A stretch of DNA of 64,000 bases from Phallusia mammillata (taxonomy: Eukaryota), in assembly GCA_965637545.1 (NCBI GenBank), contig OZ281501.1, forward strand, positions 17,484,001 to 17,548,000, in the 5' to 3' direction. Below, piece after piece: positions 1-13,622 of the stretch. Below the pieces are notes generated by a model. The model was not told the origin of the DNA. It saw nothing but the letters and a program-made list of their open reading frames with translations, and made no database searches. Made by a program: the position numbers and the translations under genes. The stretch's first letter is position 1. Each line of letters opens with the position of its first letter.

Positions 1-8
1 GTGTTTAC

Positions 9-2054
9 CTGTTGTACTCTGGCTTGCAAAATCTTGACAAGTTGGTCTTTTGTGTACGGTTGAAAGTTCATAAGGTTAGGTTTGCAATCCGAGCGAGCTT
101 GAAGCCTTAAAAAATTTATTGTTACAAAAGCACCACAAAAAAATCAATTTCTGTTTAGTTATTAAACAATGTTAACATTTTTAGAGAAAATGATTATTTT
201 TGCTATTTGCCTTAGCAAAACTATTTGCCAACTTTTCATATTGTTTGGGATAAGTTGATCACTGACTTATTATAGTCTATGGACTAAAAAAAACTAAACC
301 AAGGGCACAAGAAAACTATCAGCATAATGATAAACTGTAATCAATAAGCTAGATAGTACCTGGGCAGTATTCTGTCTGTCAAGTCAAGAGAGTTTGCAAT
401 TCCGATCAAAATCATGCGAGAGTTTTTGAGACTTGACCATCCAAACATCGTGTACAACACTTCCTGGTGTTTGCTATCTAGCTGGTCCATCTCATCCAGA
501 AACAAAAGTCTAAAATACCAAAATCGCATTTAAAACTTGTTGATTTTCTGAAGAGTTTTTTACAATTAATTGGAATTGTTAACCTACATCATTTCACCCG
601 AAGATGTCAAATGATTTTCAATGTATTTCAGAGCAGATCTGGAGGTCTTCGATTGCCGACTTAAAGCACCAAGTTGTGAAGCAATGCACTGATAAATGGA
701 AGCAGCTGACCGAATGGACATGCAATTGACGTTAATGATTTGTCCAACCATTGCTTTTACCTAAAAATACCAAAAATGTTGATTCTGCTTCCAGCTGATT
801 TTAACAAGAAAATTATAGCTTATGTCAGTAGCCTACAACATTCCCATCTGTATATAACACAGACCCATTTTTTATACCTTCGTTTGCGATAAAATGTTCA
901 GCATGCAAGCGCTTTTTCCAGTTCCTGGGGCACCAGAAATATACAAACTGCCAGCGGTTCGATTGTTAGCATGATCCGAAATAAAGTTTGTGATTTCACT
1001 AATTTCGCTTCCACGCCCAACAAGCGTTGCAGGGGCAGCATTATGCAGTGCATGCTTTATCTTGGAGAAGGAAGAATCTGTAAAAAATCATAAAACCTTC
1101 ACTGCTAACATGAATAGATAGTGGTATTTCAAGATATGCTTTTTGGAAATTATGTAACAAAACAAAGAAGTACGAATGATCTTAAGATTTTTTTGTGCAT
1201 TACGGTGCAACAAATTTAGTTGCAAACACAATATAACAGATAAAGACACCCATACAACAAGCAGTTATTTTTGTCATTTCAAATATACCTTTGTGTCCAT
1301 GCTTAATTGGTGATTTCACATTGACTTTGATCTCTTTGACAGGAACGTTATGATGTTGAGTTTCAATAAGAACCTTACGAGTAGATTGTTTTGAATCTGA
1401 AACTTCTTTTTTTCTTGGGCTAGAACATTTTTCACTGCCATCTGTTTTTCTGGATGGCACTTCTAGAGTTTTTAACTTATTAATCTTCTGTTTCTTAGTT
1501 GGTGATGGAGATGCGGTTTTGAGGCTAGCATCCAAAGATCTTTTGGGTGAAACTTGCTTCTTTGGAGATGAAGAGTTATCTTTTTGTGGTGAACTAAAAT
1601 TTAAAGTGTTGGAAACATCTCCCAGTGGTAGTTTAGTTGGGGACTTCTGTAATTGCGTACAGTAACCCGATGTTGGGATAGTCGACCCAGAGAGCGCAAG
1701 ATTCAAACGATTTTTAACAAACGCACTTTGAGCAGCCTCTACTTTTTTGCTCCTTGGTGAATTTAGAGTCAGCGAGCGCAAAGGTGAAAGCAAAATTCTG
1801 CAGTTCGAGACACTTGGTTTAATATTTTCCTTGCATCGCTTAACAGGCGACACCGGTGATAGCTTAAAAATTTCATCAAGGACATTGTCATCAATTAGGG
1901 AATGTCCTTCTAGTTCAGGCAGCTGTTGGCCAAGTAGGTTTAGACGCTTGCTTGCCGACTTCGTTAATGCTGCTTTTGAAACCCCAAGGCATTTCTTGGC
2001 CAAAGCAACATCAGGGGTTCCATATAGTTTTCCGCTTCTGGTTCGAAATGCCAT
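9..2054 (-). CDS. CDC6: Cell division control protein 6 (AAA+ ATPase, replication licensing), 5' part; gene continues beyond the left edge
   Basis: GT-AG exons 2054-1289, 1077-878, 760-588, 509-360, 105-9 join in frame. Walker A region SLYISGAPGTGKS, Walker B LFLDEMDQL, LIGIANSLDLTDRILPRL and FQPYTKDQL are characteristic of CDC6. The S/P/K-rich N-terminus contains CDK-type SP sites. Confidence 0.96.
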
Positions 2055-2517
2055 TTTTGGCTAAACTTAAAACGCCTAACTTATTAAAAACGTTAACTAA
2101 AATAATAAACCTAAAATCTGAAGAAAATTATAGTCATTTAATGATTTTGTTTCAGATAGAACTGGACATTTATTAAAAAAGTAAAAAGGATTTGCAAAAA
2201 AATTGCTAATTCATTTCAGACTTTTTTGACATGTAGTAAAACACTCTGTAATTGCAATTTTATGCGTGGTAACAAAATGCACAAATTCAAACTAAACAAC
2301 TATAAACGCTGCTTTTAGCAAGGAGCTTGCACCGTACATCAAAAACTTGCTATATCCTACGGTCTGTACATAAACATAAGGCAAAACACAAAGTACCTTT
2401 GGAATTAGAAACAAAAAAGCAAAAGCAATTCGGCATATAGCTTCAGCACCAGTACAACTAAGAACTATCCTCTAACGAAGAACGAAATGACATCGTGCAT
2501 CTTCGTTGGGTTTTGTT

Positions 2518-2662
2518 TTTGCCGCGATTTTTTTCTTTTACCGCCAGATCTTGTAAATGGCGCGCTTGGCTGTGACGTATACCCACAATGCTGTGCAGGA
2601 AAAGAAAAAAGGCGGGGATTTTGTCTGGCCGCAGGAACGTTGATTGAACGAATTTTACCGCC
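2518..2662. promoter_or_regulatory. Cluster of E2F-like sites in the putative CDC6 promoter
   Basis: TTTGCCGCG 2518-2526, TTTACCGCC 2537-2545 and 2654-2662, TGGCGCGC 2558-2565, AAAGGCGGGG near 2608, all just upstream of CDC6, which is an established E2F target. Confidence 0.55.
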
Positions 2663-3238
2663 GGGTTTCTATTCATCGCTATCAAATGGGGTTAATCTTA
2701 TGCACTGGGACTTGATTAACTAATAAACGGCCTATTTGTCAAGTGTTGAAACGTTCAACAGTAAATCGTTTGCAGTAAGACGTTCTGTATTTGTCACTAA
2801 TGCGCATGTGGCCTCTATAAACTGAATTGAACTTTCATAATTTTCTGCTCCACTAACGTTGTTTATCCTATTTTGGTGATATATTTATTTTTTACGGTTT
2901 TTACTCGTCGAATAAAAAATAATTGCGAATACAAATTCTTGTTTCATATTTTACAAAACAATTATTTTTATTTTTACAATTTGTAGCTTTTTTAAAACGT
3001 GTTTTAAATTCCATTAACGTTTGCAGAAAAGTGCGAATAGCCTATCATTCTTTTTAGTATTTTATTTCATCGCACACAATCAAAAAACAAAATATAAACA
3101 CTACACACATAAAATACTATCAATTTAGTTCACACGTACAGTTTAAAAAATCAATAAAAGGCAGCGGGTCGTGAGATAAAAAGGCAGAATTGAAATAGAT
3201 ATGTCAAAAACAACAAAAAACATCCGCTAAAAATGGGG

Positions 3239-6200
3239 TCAGGACTCAGAGGACGAACCGGGAAGGTCAGACAGTTCTCGTCTCTGCTTCTTACGGAAAT
3301 TTTCCAACCCATCTGTGTATATGCGTTTCACTATGTCCGCTATGTCGAGTCTTTCCGCAGTTTTCAATGCCTCGATAAAACTAAAAAAATATTCAGGTTA
3401 TAAACAATAGTGGAGCACAAAAGGGTATCTGTATTGTGTGTTTTGCTACAAACTATCTGATTTAACCCTATATTTTACTTTTAAAACTTTATGTTTGAAG
3501 CATTTGATAAAATAAAATACGCAATTCGGCATCATTAGTTTCGCATTGTTCATGTTTTCAATAGAGGCAATAACACATTAAAAAAACATTGCATATGTCA
3601 CTACGTTTCATGAAACAATATTTTTTTTGCCTCGGATAAAAAATATGAGTAAAAAACAAAATAAACAAGGCATAAAATCGGAGTTGTATTGCCACAGTAA
3701 GATTAATCCACGCCGAAATCTCTCTGTTATGAACCAACAAACCGACGCTCTAATTTTCCAATTAAGCCGACCATGGAATGATGTCGTGGGAAAAAAGAAC
3801 CAAAATTATTAAACAGAAAAAAAAAACTTAATTCAATGAACGAGAATGTAGTGTAGGCTACAGTGCCTTGGAAAACTTGATGTGTTTGTATTTTTCATGG
3901 TTTAGGAATAAAATACAACGAAAATAAATGTCCTACGTTTCGACACACTCCTTTTCATGTCTGTGAAGAATAGCCCACTTTCTTAACATTGAGAAAATTT
4001 GCTCATCCGTTTGACCTGGGTTATCAAGCTTGATCCTGCAAATAAACAAAGATTGGAATACTATTGTTATTATTAAGAACAGCACAATTGGTGCAGTTTT
4101 TTTAAAAGTAACGTGATTCTATATCTAAGTTTGTTTTCCGGTAATATCTGGCCCAGTTTGAAAGGTTTTAGCAGCAGACTTCAAAATACTAGTTGTTTAT
4201 TTAAGAAATTGTATTTTTGCTGACGTTTCAACTAGTATTTTGTTAAGCATTACACCAATTGTAAAAAAATTGATAAATATACAACCTGGTGGACGGAACG
4301 CTTGTTCGGTATTTTCTATTTGCGTAATGACAGTTTAATTGCTACTGCAAAAAAAAACAGCTGGTAATGGCCTAAATCTTACAACCGTTGTGTTTTGCTT
4401 AAAGAGACGCGAAAAATTGACAGCAAAAAAGTTTGTCAAAAGGATTTTAAGTCAAACATTTCCTAGATTAAGAGCAATTAAATATACAAGAACAACTCCT
4501 AATCGGCTTTTAGTGTCTACAGCGCACAAAGAGACGTCACTATTGGTTTATTGTGACTTCACAATGGCAGGTGCAAGGAGTAGCTAGACACGTCACAATT
4601 AAAACTTTGCGCCTTGTTTTGCAGACTGCAGCAGAAGCCATCTGCTATTCGATTAAATAAACAAGTTTTATTGGATGTTTAGTGCCAAATGACGTGTACA
4701 AGGCGGGTGCACAGTCACAAAATGCAAAAGTTTGGTGAAAAGTTGACAACTTTGTTTTCCGCTTTTCATTTAGGTATCCTGATTAGCGCAACATTTAGGT
4801 TTGAAACTGCGACTTATAATACATTGTTAAGATTAACAATAACCCTACCTTAATAGTTATTCAGAGCCTGCTTGCAAACACTAAGTACGATTTTTATCGT
4901 GTAAAAACGTCCAAAAGAAAAGTTTGGATGGCATAATAGCAAGAAAAACATATACCGTATATACTCGCATATAGGTCGCAACTTTTTTACTTATATTTAA
5001 AAAAAATAAAATATAGGTGCGACCTATCCGCTCGACATAAGTGCAAATCGCCACCAAGTCGGAACAAAATTGAAAGTTTTCGGCTATTGTAAGTACCGTA
5101 TTTTCCGGTCGGCGTATTGGGCGGATATAACGTATTTATTCGAGTATAACGCTTAAAATTTCATACTAATTTTCAATGAAAAATTAAGGGTGCGCGTTAT
5201 AGACGCGAATTGTAGTGGAAATGTGCTATCGAATACGGGTGCATGCGCTCGTGCACACACATACCAATGCGAGGCAGTTTCATGAGCGCACACGCACATC
5301 AGCGTGCGTTGGATTTTCCCGCTTTGTTGAGAAAACATAGTTTTTCGGTTTCAATGCAATGCAGTTCAATGGTAAAAAACAACCAATTGCACCGGTTATT
5401 TATGCAAAAAAGCTAGGCTAAGGGCCTTTTAAATCCCTAGATTTTCAGTGAGACTTATGTGCGAGTCAACTCTAAATTACACTTTTTAAACACAAAACTA
5501 ATAGTGCGACCTATACGGTGGTGCGACCTATCGGCGAGTATATACGGTACACACTGCGTTAAATACAGCAAATGTACAAATTTTCGTCGATAAACAAAAA
5601 ACAAAAATTTTTTTGCACCTTTCCATTGCATCTTTTCGGAATCCCAAAGCGGTTCCGATTATTGGCCAATCAGCTCCCATTTTGGACGCAATAAACCTCA
5701 AGTTGATTTCGTTGAACATTCCTGAGCCTTAGATTTAAGTTGATGAAAACATTAAGTCATACTTACTTACGATTTTTGACAGACACATGTACATTTCGAC
5801 TTTATGACATGTACAGCGTCATCAGTATCTTTTTTAAGTTTATTTTGTCACACGCAAATTTGGTAAAACCAAAGTAAAAAAAATTGTTGTATTTTTTACA
5901 AACCTAGATCATCGTAGTTATAAATATACTCCCGTTCGTCCGGTAAGTTCAGAGAAGTATCCAGTTGCTGAAAAGAAAATACGAAAACTGCTGTTTTCAG
6001 TTGTCCAAAAAACCTAATTCAGCCAATTCTTGTGTAACCCAACAAATATTAGATAAATAAGCTGTTGCTGCCAGGCATAGTATCAAGTTTATAGAGCTCT
6101 TCTGGCGAATGTATTTTTGTTCCGACGTTTCGACGTCCTATACAGGTCGTCTTCATCAGGGTAAATAACACTGAATGCGATTAGTTCAGTGCACGATAAA

Positions 6201-9200
6201 CAGATATAGATAATTTATTATTTTTTTGCTATACCGAGTAAGCTATAAGACAGCACTGGATCACAGCAAATTTTCTCAAGATTCTCTTGATAACCGACAC
6301 TTTACATGTTGGTTTAAATGTGTAGGACGGAGATTTCCACAAAAAGAAAACAAATATTCAAACATGCCGAACAACACTTTAATACTGTCTACTTACACCA
6401 AAGTTTTTACGCTTTTAATTTTTCCACCATTTTTTTACCTTCAGCGTGACCAGAACATCATCCAAGTGCTCCAGCTCCTCAGGGATCGGCACAGTGACGT
6501 CATTATCACGTGACAATCTGTTGCCATGGTCACCAGAAGCGTCATGCGTCCGCTTGACTCGCTGAGGGGGACCACGTGGACTTCGTCGCGGTGATATTCT
6601 CACTGAGGCTGTGAAAGTTGAAATACAACACAACTTTCTACGACCGTTTGGTTCTTAACCCTCAAGTAATGTCAAAGTTATACGATATACTCTAAGCTTT
6701 TGCAAGGTTGAACTACTAGTTTAGACAAGTTTATGAACTACCGGTAGATGGCGTAAAGAGCACTAGCACAAGTTTGTCTTGACAGTTAGGAAAGGGGTAA
6801 AAAAATAAGTTTCTAGCTAGTATGAAATTAAAGTCACCTTGGCATTCATGTTCAACAATTCTGTGAAAAGAGACATAACCAGTAGATGTTGGTTTGTTGT
6901 TTGATGTTGGCTCGATACAAAATCTAAATCAAAACTGCAATTATTAACCTTTGTTGTGTTTCAAATATTGTTTAACTTTAGTGACAATAATTATTATTTT
7001 CAGCACAATGGAACTGCAAAAACCTGCAAAATCCACTTTGGTCAGGAGATTTTTGGCTGAAAAATTGTTGCTTCAAAACTTTTTCTTCCATATGTTGACG
7101 GTCATTGTCATTGTAATATTTCACTTGTACTTCCCCAAAAACCTATAAAGTTAATATGTAAATATTAACATGTATGGTATTCCAGTTAAGAACCACTGAC
7201 TTAAAAGTTTAGCCTTTAAAGTTGCATAATCTCCACAACTAAATATATAGGGATTTTAATGGGCAGTGGTTCTCAGCTGTTTTTTGGGGGAACATGTATC
7301 CATGGGTTAGAACCCCTATCCTAGTCAGAAAATTATAAAGATGACAAAAACTTACCTTAACTTTGAACTTAGTTCCCTCCATTAGTTCATGCACAACACT
7401 GTATGAATCCTCTCCTGTATAACCTTCCTTTTTCAACTGCTCCATTCTCTGTTTAGCCAACTTTGATTGCACACATTGGGCCATCACCACAGTTGGGAGA
7501 TTTGCTCTCTAACAAAAAATATCTGTTTTTTAACCCAAATTAATTAATCGAGAGTGAAGCATTTCGTTGATGATTTTGTCTCCGAAAAATCGTTCGTGTC
7601 TAAGCCATGTAGTTAATAGATTCGTCGAACTTATAGCTTAATGTTTAGCTCATTATTAATTTGTAAAACTTGCTGGTTTACAAAATGTTCACATGGGTGT
7701 GTTCTGGAACCTAGATGCACCATAAGCTATCGGAAATCTATTGTATGAAATGATGCTAAAATTTTGTAGTTTCCAAATTTATCAATTGTAAACCCATAAA
7801 GTTTTGGTTATTTCAAAGGTGTACATTAGGTAAAAAAGTTCAAGTAACACAGGTTTATCCCCAAAACAAGATAACACTATTTGTCAATTGGTAAGTTTAC
7901 TAGACACTGAAACCCTGTTGCCACTTACTTGCATTGCAATGAACTGTACTTGGTAGCTGACTTGTCGCTGGAAAATTTTTCTCATCACTCCATTGACATT
8001 GCTCCAAATCACAGAGAACCTAAACACAAGTACTACTGTTTAAGAAGCTGTAAACAACAGCAGTACAAAAATTACCCTTAAAAACAAACCAAAAACTAAC
8101 TTAGAAAATTATTTCTCCCCACATGTGTCAATAAAATTATATGGCAAAAATTTAGGCAATGTTTTTCGTGTATATAGAGTCACAGGCCATAACAAAATGG
8201 CATCTTACATGCAGAATGTGTCAATCTTAAACGATACATCAAGAGTGGAGAAAATCAAATCAACAGTTGAAGTGATGTCATTCCATGTTTCGGAGCCATC
8301 TGAACATTTCATGAGTCGAAGTTTAGAGCGATCAAAACTTTTTCCAATCTGGAATACATAGCAATGTTTGGACAAAGATTCATTGCGAATGTGGCACTGT
8401 TTTTGAAAAATAAAACAATTTTTATTGAATCAGTGCCATTTTTGAACTTAATAAACCGTTAAATTAAATGATTATGAAAATAAAACTCTAAACATAGAAA
8501 TATATTTAGTTTATGCCTTCAAATGCTATTTTATGTAAGTGATATGTGTTTAAATACCAAATTTTAAACACAACCTATAGTTAATATAGTTTAGAAATAG
8601 GCATGTTTCTGGAAAATTTCTATTTTTAGTAGTTTAGTTTTGTTTTTACCAGCTGGTACGGAAGTCCAAGATGAACTGTGACAGGTTTGTCAAACACTGT
8701 TGTTTCAGGAAGGACATCCACAAGCAGAATGTCACTTGCAAATGAGTCAGTTGTTTCTGTAACTTCGTGAACAATGTTCTGATCCACAGAGAGAACCTGA
8801 TAAAAAACACACAACACTTCAATAAAACATACCAATAAGACAAAGCATTTTGACATATTGTCTAATAACAGAGGAATTTGCTTTGGTGCAATCCATCTTA
8901 TAGAATAGAGATTATACATCTAAAACCTATCTATTTGTTTTAAAAATTGTCCAGATAGTTGCCAAATTCATTTATTGGAACTTGTATAACTTGACTTATA
9001 TCATGGGACAATTTCATTATTAATTCATTATTACCACTTACAATATAATGTTTGTAATTCATTTATTTCGTTCATGCGCGTATAGTAAGTAAGCAGTTAT
9101 GTACATTTAATGACAACGACGTAAACAAAAATGGATCAGCTGGAGCCACTAATGGCCATTGCAAGTAGCTGACCCTATATATTTGAACGGTACAGTAATT

Positions 9201-11835
9201 AATCATTTGTCTGTACTGATGGGACATGCCCCATAAAGAAACAGACAAAAAGCATCCTTATATACATATAATATAAGGCATATGCACATTTTGTCTGATT
9301 TCACCATAAATTGCATTTACCTGCATAGTAACAGTTGTATCACATTGCACAGAATTTTCCTCAAATTTGATTTTGTGTTGAGGGTTTGCTGAAGATATCA
9401 AAGAACATGACCTTTCCTTGAAAATAAATATTTTCTATGATGTAAAACAAAACTGGAAGTTCTGCTGGAAATGTGCCCATTTTATTACGTTGCTTACCTT
9501 TTTCACCTCAATAGAATCTTCAATTAACTTTGATATTGCACCAAATAAAGAAAAATGAGAAGTGTAACCAACAACTTTTGAGATACCTCCTTGGGTTATA
9601 AGTTCTGAACTGGGATATAGAAAACAGTTAGTGAAACTACATAAACAACAGATTGGACAGGAATAAAACATTTTGTTTCGTACTTTAAATCTTCGCATGT
9701 TGATGATCCATCCAGACAGTGTGACATTGCTCTCATGGTGATATGTCGTTTTTGATGATCAAAACCAGAGTATGAAAATGGTAATTCTATACGAACAGGC
9801 TAAATGAAAAACACTCATGAAAATATACCCTAAGGCGGCTCTTCCCAACTGGTGGGACGTGAAGCTTTTCAAACTATTACCATACCAATGTAGAAGTTAA
9901 AAAAAGTTACGCAGTTGTGAGAACATACTTTCAAGTTTAACTAAATTTCTCGAAAATATAATATTTCTTACTATGAAAGCTGTATAAGATTTCACGTTAA
10001 ACAAAGCTTTATCTCACAAACAAACTGCAACTCCCACCCGATTATTCAAATTTAACTTTACAGCTGTTACTTTTTTTGCACAATACTTACTTTTTTGAAT
10101 TCGAGGCCATTTGGTCTCATATCCAGTATGCTGCTAAGTAGTTGATCAGTTACATCCAAGTCAAAACCAGATGCATCGTCGGTTATTAGTTTGCAAAACA
10201 ATTCTGTGTCTGCAGTCAAACAGCCCTTTGGAAAAGTGATTTGTACTCCTGATGGCAAAGTGTATCGACCACCACAGTGGTGTTGGACTTTAACTGAAAC
10301 TGTGTCAAAATCGAGGAAATGCTTTGGAACATCATAGTCATCTTCAATTTGAGAACCTGATAACAAAATGAAACTAAAATTTGTGACGTAATTTTATTGG
10401 TTAAGGTTTTATTGATAAGGTGGACATTTTGTTGAAAAGTTAACTTCTTTACGTTTTGTAAAAATGATATCTAATGTTCAACACATTATGTTTAAGAAAA
10501 AAAAGGATCTGAATTTTAAAAAGATTAAAATAAATTGGTGGCATAGTAAATAAATTAAGAAGCCCTGATCTTTGTTTGTTTTTAAATACACATTGAAGAG
10601 AAAAAAGTGTCAAATGAGGAACACACCTGAAATACTTATACACCCTCTAACACATGGTCAGCATAACATAACAAATTTCTAACAATTTAAATGTTATTGG
10701 CAAGAACCTGGACTGGTGCTGCCGTTTGGCCGAGGGACATTTCCTTGCAGCAGAATACAAGACGGAAGTTTACTATCTTCTGAAAGTTGAATGAAATTGT
10801 ACTGCAGGTCGAGACACTGAAGAGCTATATCATCATCGTGATCAAAGTCCAACTGATCTAAATACATTTAAAAGTAGTTTTTTGTTTCAAAAGCTTTGTA
10901 AATAGAGGTAGCCCATTACACTGTAAAGAAAGTAACCACAGATTATTTTGATTAATCACAAATCTGTTTATTGCTCACTGTCTGTAACCTATCATTAGTA
11001 AAGAAATATTGCATTTAGTTGCATACTATGATTAATCACACAAAAAATTAAGTTGGGCTCGCAGTCAACCAGTAATATATATTAGCATTATGTCCATAAC
11101 TAAAAATTTAAACCTACCTATGTCATTATGAGCAGCGCTTAAATGCACAAGGGATTTTGACTTGAACAAAGTATTTGGTAAACATTTCAGACAGTTTTTG
11201 GAAACATTTAAATGAGTCAGCTTTTCACAGTAACAAAGCGTGGATGGCAACTGGGTCAGCTTATTTGAAGCCAAATTTAAACATTGTAGCTCTGGCAGTA
11301 AATGTATTTTTTCGGAAACATACTGAACTTTGTTGTTCGTTGCACTTATGCTTTTCAATGCAGTTAAATTTTTAAATGGAAATTCAACTGTCTCTAAACT
11401 ATTAAAGTCAATCTTCAAATCAACCAAATTTGTTAGTTCCCCAATGCAGCATGGAACTGATGAGAATTTGTTGAAGCTAAGGTCCAGTGAAGTAATGCTT
11501 TTCAATCTTCCAAAATTATCAGGTAAGCTGACTAAACCGCCTCGACTTGGCACACCACTTTTTCTTCTTCCACCTTTCAGAATGCAAACTTTTAAAGATG
11601 ATAAATGAAATAAATGGCACAAAAAATCTTCTTCTTTAACAGAATATTGATCAGTTGGTATTTCAAGAAGGAAAATGGAAGGGAACACTAAGTCAGCAGA
11701 CTTTTGTACAAACTTGACAAAATCCAGAAACAATTTTCTACATACTGATGCCTCTTCATCAATATTAAGGTTAAGATGATTGCTTGTTTGGGCATTTTGT
11801 AGAATTTGTTTTAGTCTTTTTGATTCCGTTGTCAT
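3239..11835 (-). CDS. PIDD1: p53-induced death domain protein 1 (LRRs - ZU5 - ZU5 - UPA - death domain), about 925 aa
   Basis: 17 phase-consistent exons: 11835-11118, 10857-10708, 10356-10091, 9799-9684, 9609-9498, 9416-9321, 8796-8650, 8348-8209, 8019-7929, 7508-7356, 7142-7024, 6923-6838, 6608-6439, 5967-5904, 5727-5619, 4035-3937, 3380-3239 (2778 nt including stop). LRRs, a ZU5 with the HFS autoproteolysis motif, UPA-like VVMAQC and GYVSFHR, and a death domain (MGADWPIIGTALG...QIFSMLRKW...ERLDIADIV). Confidence 0.94.
4953..5549. mobile_element. Non-autonomous Tc1/mariner (pogo/Tigger-like) element in a PIDD1 intron
   Basis: 28-bp terminal inverted repeats TACCGTATATACTCG(CA/CC)(T/G)ATAGGTCGCA with 2 mismatches, TA ends, internal repeats of the GCGACCTAT motif, no ORF. 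Confidence 0.8.
6122..6161 (-). ncRNA. Minimal (dimer-type) hammerhead ribozyme motif, Penelope-like element remnant
   Basis: Minus strand reads CC-CTGATGA-A-GACGACCT gtat AGGACGTC-GAAACGTC-GG: intact core, good stem II and palindromic ACGT stem III. Confidence 0.65.
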
Positions 11836-13067
11836 ATTTCCGAACGATTAAAAACATGGCATTGGCACCTAACAGTAATTATGTTTTAAAAATGCGCTGC
11901 AATTAAAACAGAAATATGAAAAAACAATTTTTGCCCTTCTTTTTAACTGATGTTTAGCGAATTTCTATTTCCATGTTCTTTCGTATTTGTTTACATTTTT
12001 CCCGCCATTGTAGTTCAAGGGAAATCACCGCTACTACACTTTCATGAATTAAAAATGAATGATATGGGCAGATTACTGCCTAATGCTAAATCAAACCTGT
12101 AATTCTAAAAATTTTAAACTTTTCAATGAAGCAAATGTTTATTTTTGTGCGTTTTAATATCTGAATTGTCAAAATAGCAAAATTGTTGGTTGATCCCTAG
12201 TTTAAAAAAAATTGATAAAAACGCGGCGGGAAAATCACGGTGTCCGCAACCACAGGGATCTTTTAAAATTGAAAGGCAGGATTTTGAAACGGATTGTGTA
12301 CTAAGCTGTTTATTATGTAAACGAATTACAAAAACAGTTAGACTGACTTACTGCCATTTGCAAAACGATTACATGTACTTTATTTTTTGCATATGGTTTG
12401 CCGTTAAAACTGCCCAAATAACTGCTTTATGTACAAATTATGCTGCAACTCAACTCTACCAAAGAAGGTTATAAGAAACAACTTAGAACCAACTTTAACG
12501 TGTAAAGAAAGGTATGGTAACATGTGCTGAGATTTTTAGTTTATGTACTATTACCCATACTACAATCCAATTAAATACAACACACATTTAATTTTTATTA
12601 CTGTGTGTGGCTTTATCTTAATTTTGTGATTTTGAAATTTGAGATATAGTAAATATTTCTATTTAGGGTTGTGTAACAATATCTTTATTTCTATTTGGCA
12701 GGCAAACAAAATAAATGTGTGTGATGATTGTAAAATACAATATTTATTTTAAAATATTTGTACAATATAACCATTTGTACACTTACGTGTTTTCAAAGAT
12801 ACATGACCCTGTTATAGTGTTAGTAATGAAAATGTATTTAAAAAGTAGTGAACATTATAGTATATGTATGTATGTAAAAATAAATGTACTTTGTCAAATG
12901 TTTGTTTGTATTTTCTCACAATAACCCACTTGTTGGATAAATCAAACATCAATCATTAACATTTAATATTGACCTTAAATCATCTCCTTAAATTCAAATC
13001 AACTTGATTGTATGCTTTCTGGAAATAATAGACTGTGTTTGCCAAGTGTAAAAACATGTCAATATAC

Positions 13068-13446
13068 CAGGGGTGGCCAAACTGTGACTCCCGAGGCGCA
13101 TGTTGCTCTTTGAGCCTTTGATTGTGGCTCTTTGTCCAGTTGTTTAACCTGATTATAAAGCAATGCATTCTATCATGGATTAACAATAGACTGTGACTGT
13201 TTGTAATAACAAGGTACATTCCCAAAATTGAAAAAAAAACATTATTGTACAAAAGCATGCCGGCTTGTGCATTGTAGTCAAGTATATTTACACTCACAGT
13301 ATCACCGCACAACAATAATCATTATTTGATAGCCTACACTTCATCATGAGTATATAATTGGTTTTTGATTTTTTTGTGTGGCGACTCTTTTAAAACTAAG
13401 TTTTTTGATATGAGGCTCGAGCATGAAGCCGGTCTGGCCACCCCTG
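13068..13446. mobile_element. hAT-type MITE, 379 bp
   Basis: TIR CAGGGGTGGCCA / TGGCCACCCCTG; 8-bp TSD caatatac / cattatac (7/8). Confidence 0.85.
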
Positions 13447-13544
13447 CATTATACCTTTAAACTTTAGTCAGTACCAAATCACCATAAAACGTACTAAAAA
13501 GCTATTCAGACATAATGATGTTAATTTATCAGTGTTTTGCCTTT

Positions 13545-13622
13545 AACAACAATGAACATAGCATTGCGAACAACAATGAGCATAGGATTGCCAACAACTA
13601 TGGGCATAGCATAACAACAATG
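13545..13622. repeat. Short 24-bp minisatellite, about 3 copies
   Basis: aacaacaatgaacatagcattgcg / aacaacaatgagcataggattgcc / aacaactatgggcatagcat / aacaacaatg. Confidence 0.75.

Noticed and set aside
1747-2064. Plus-strand 105-aa ORF and other shadow ORFs (11330-11608, 39737-39997, 53546-53737)
   Set aside because: Antisense shadows of real minus-strand exons.
3925-3990. GTCGAAACGTAGG resembling a Penelope-type hammerhead end
   Set aside because: No CTGANGA core; the sequence is the PIDD1 death-domain exon and its donor (…ECVET|gtagg).
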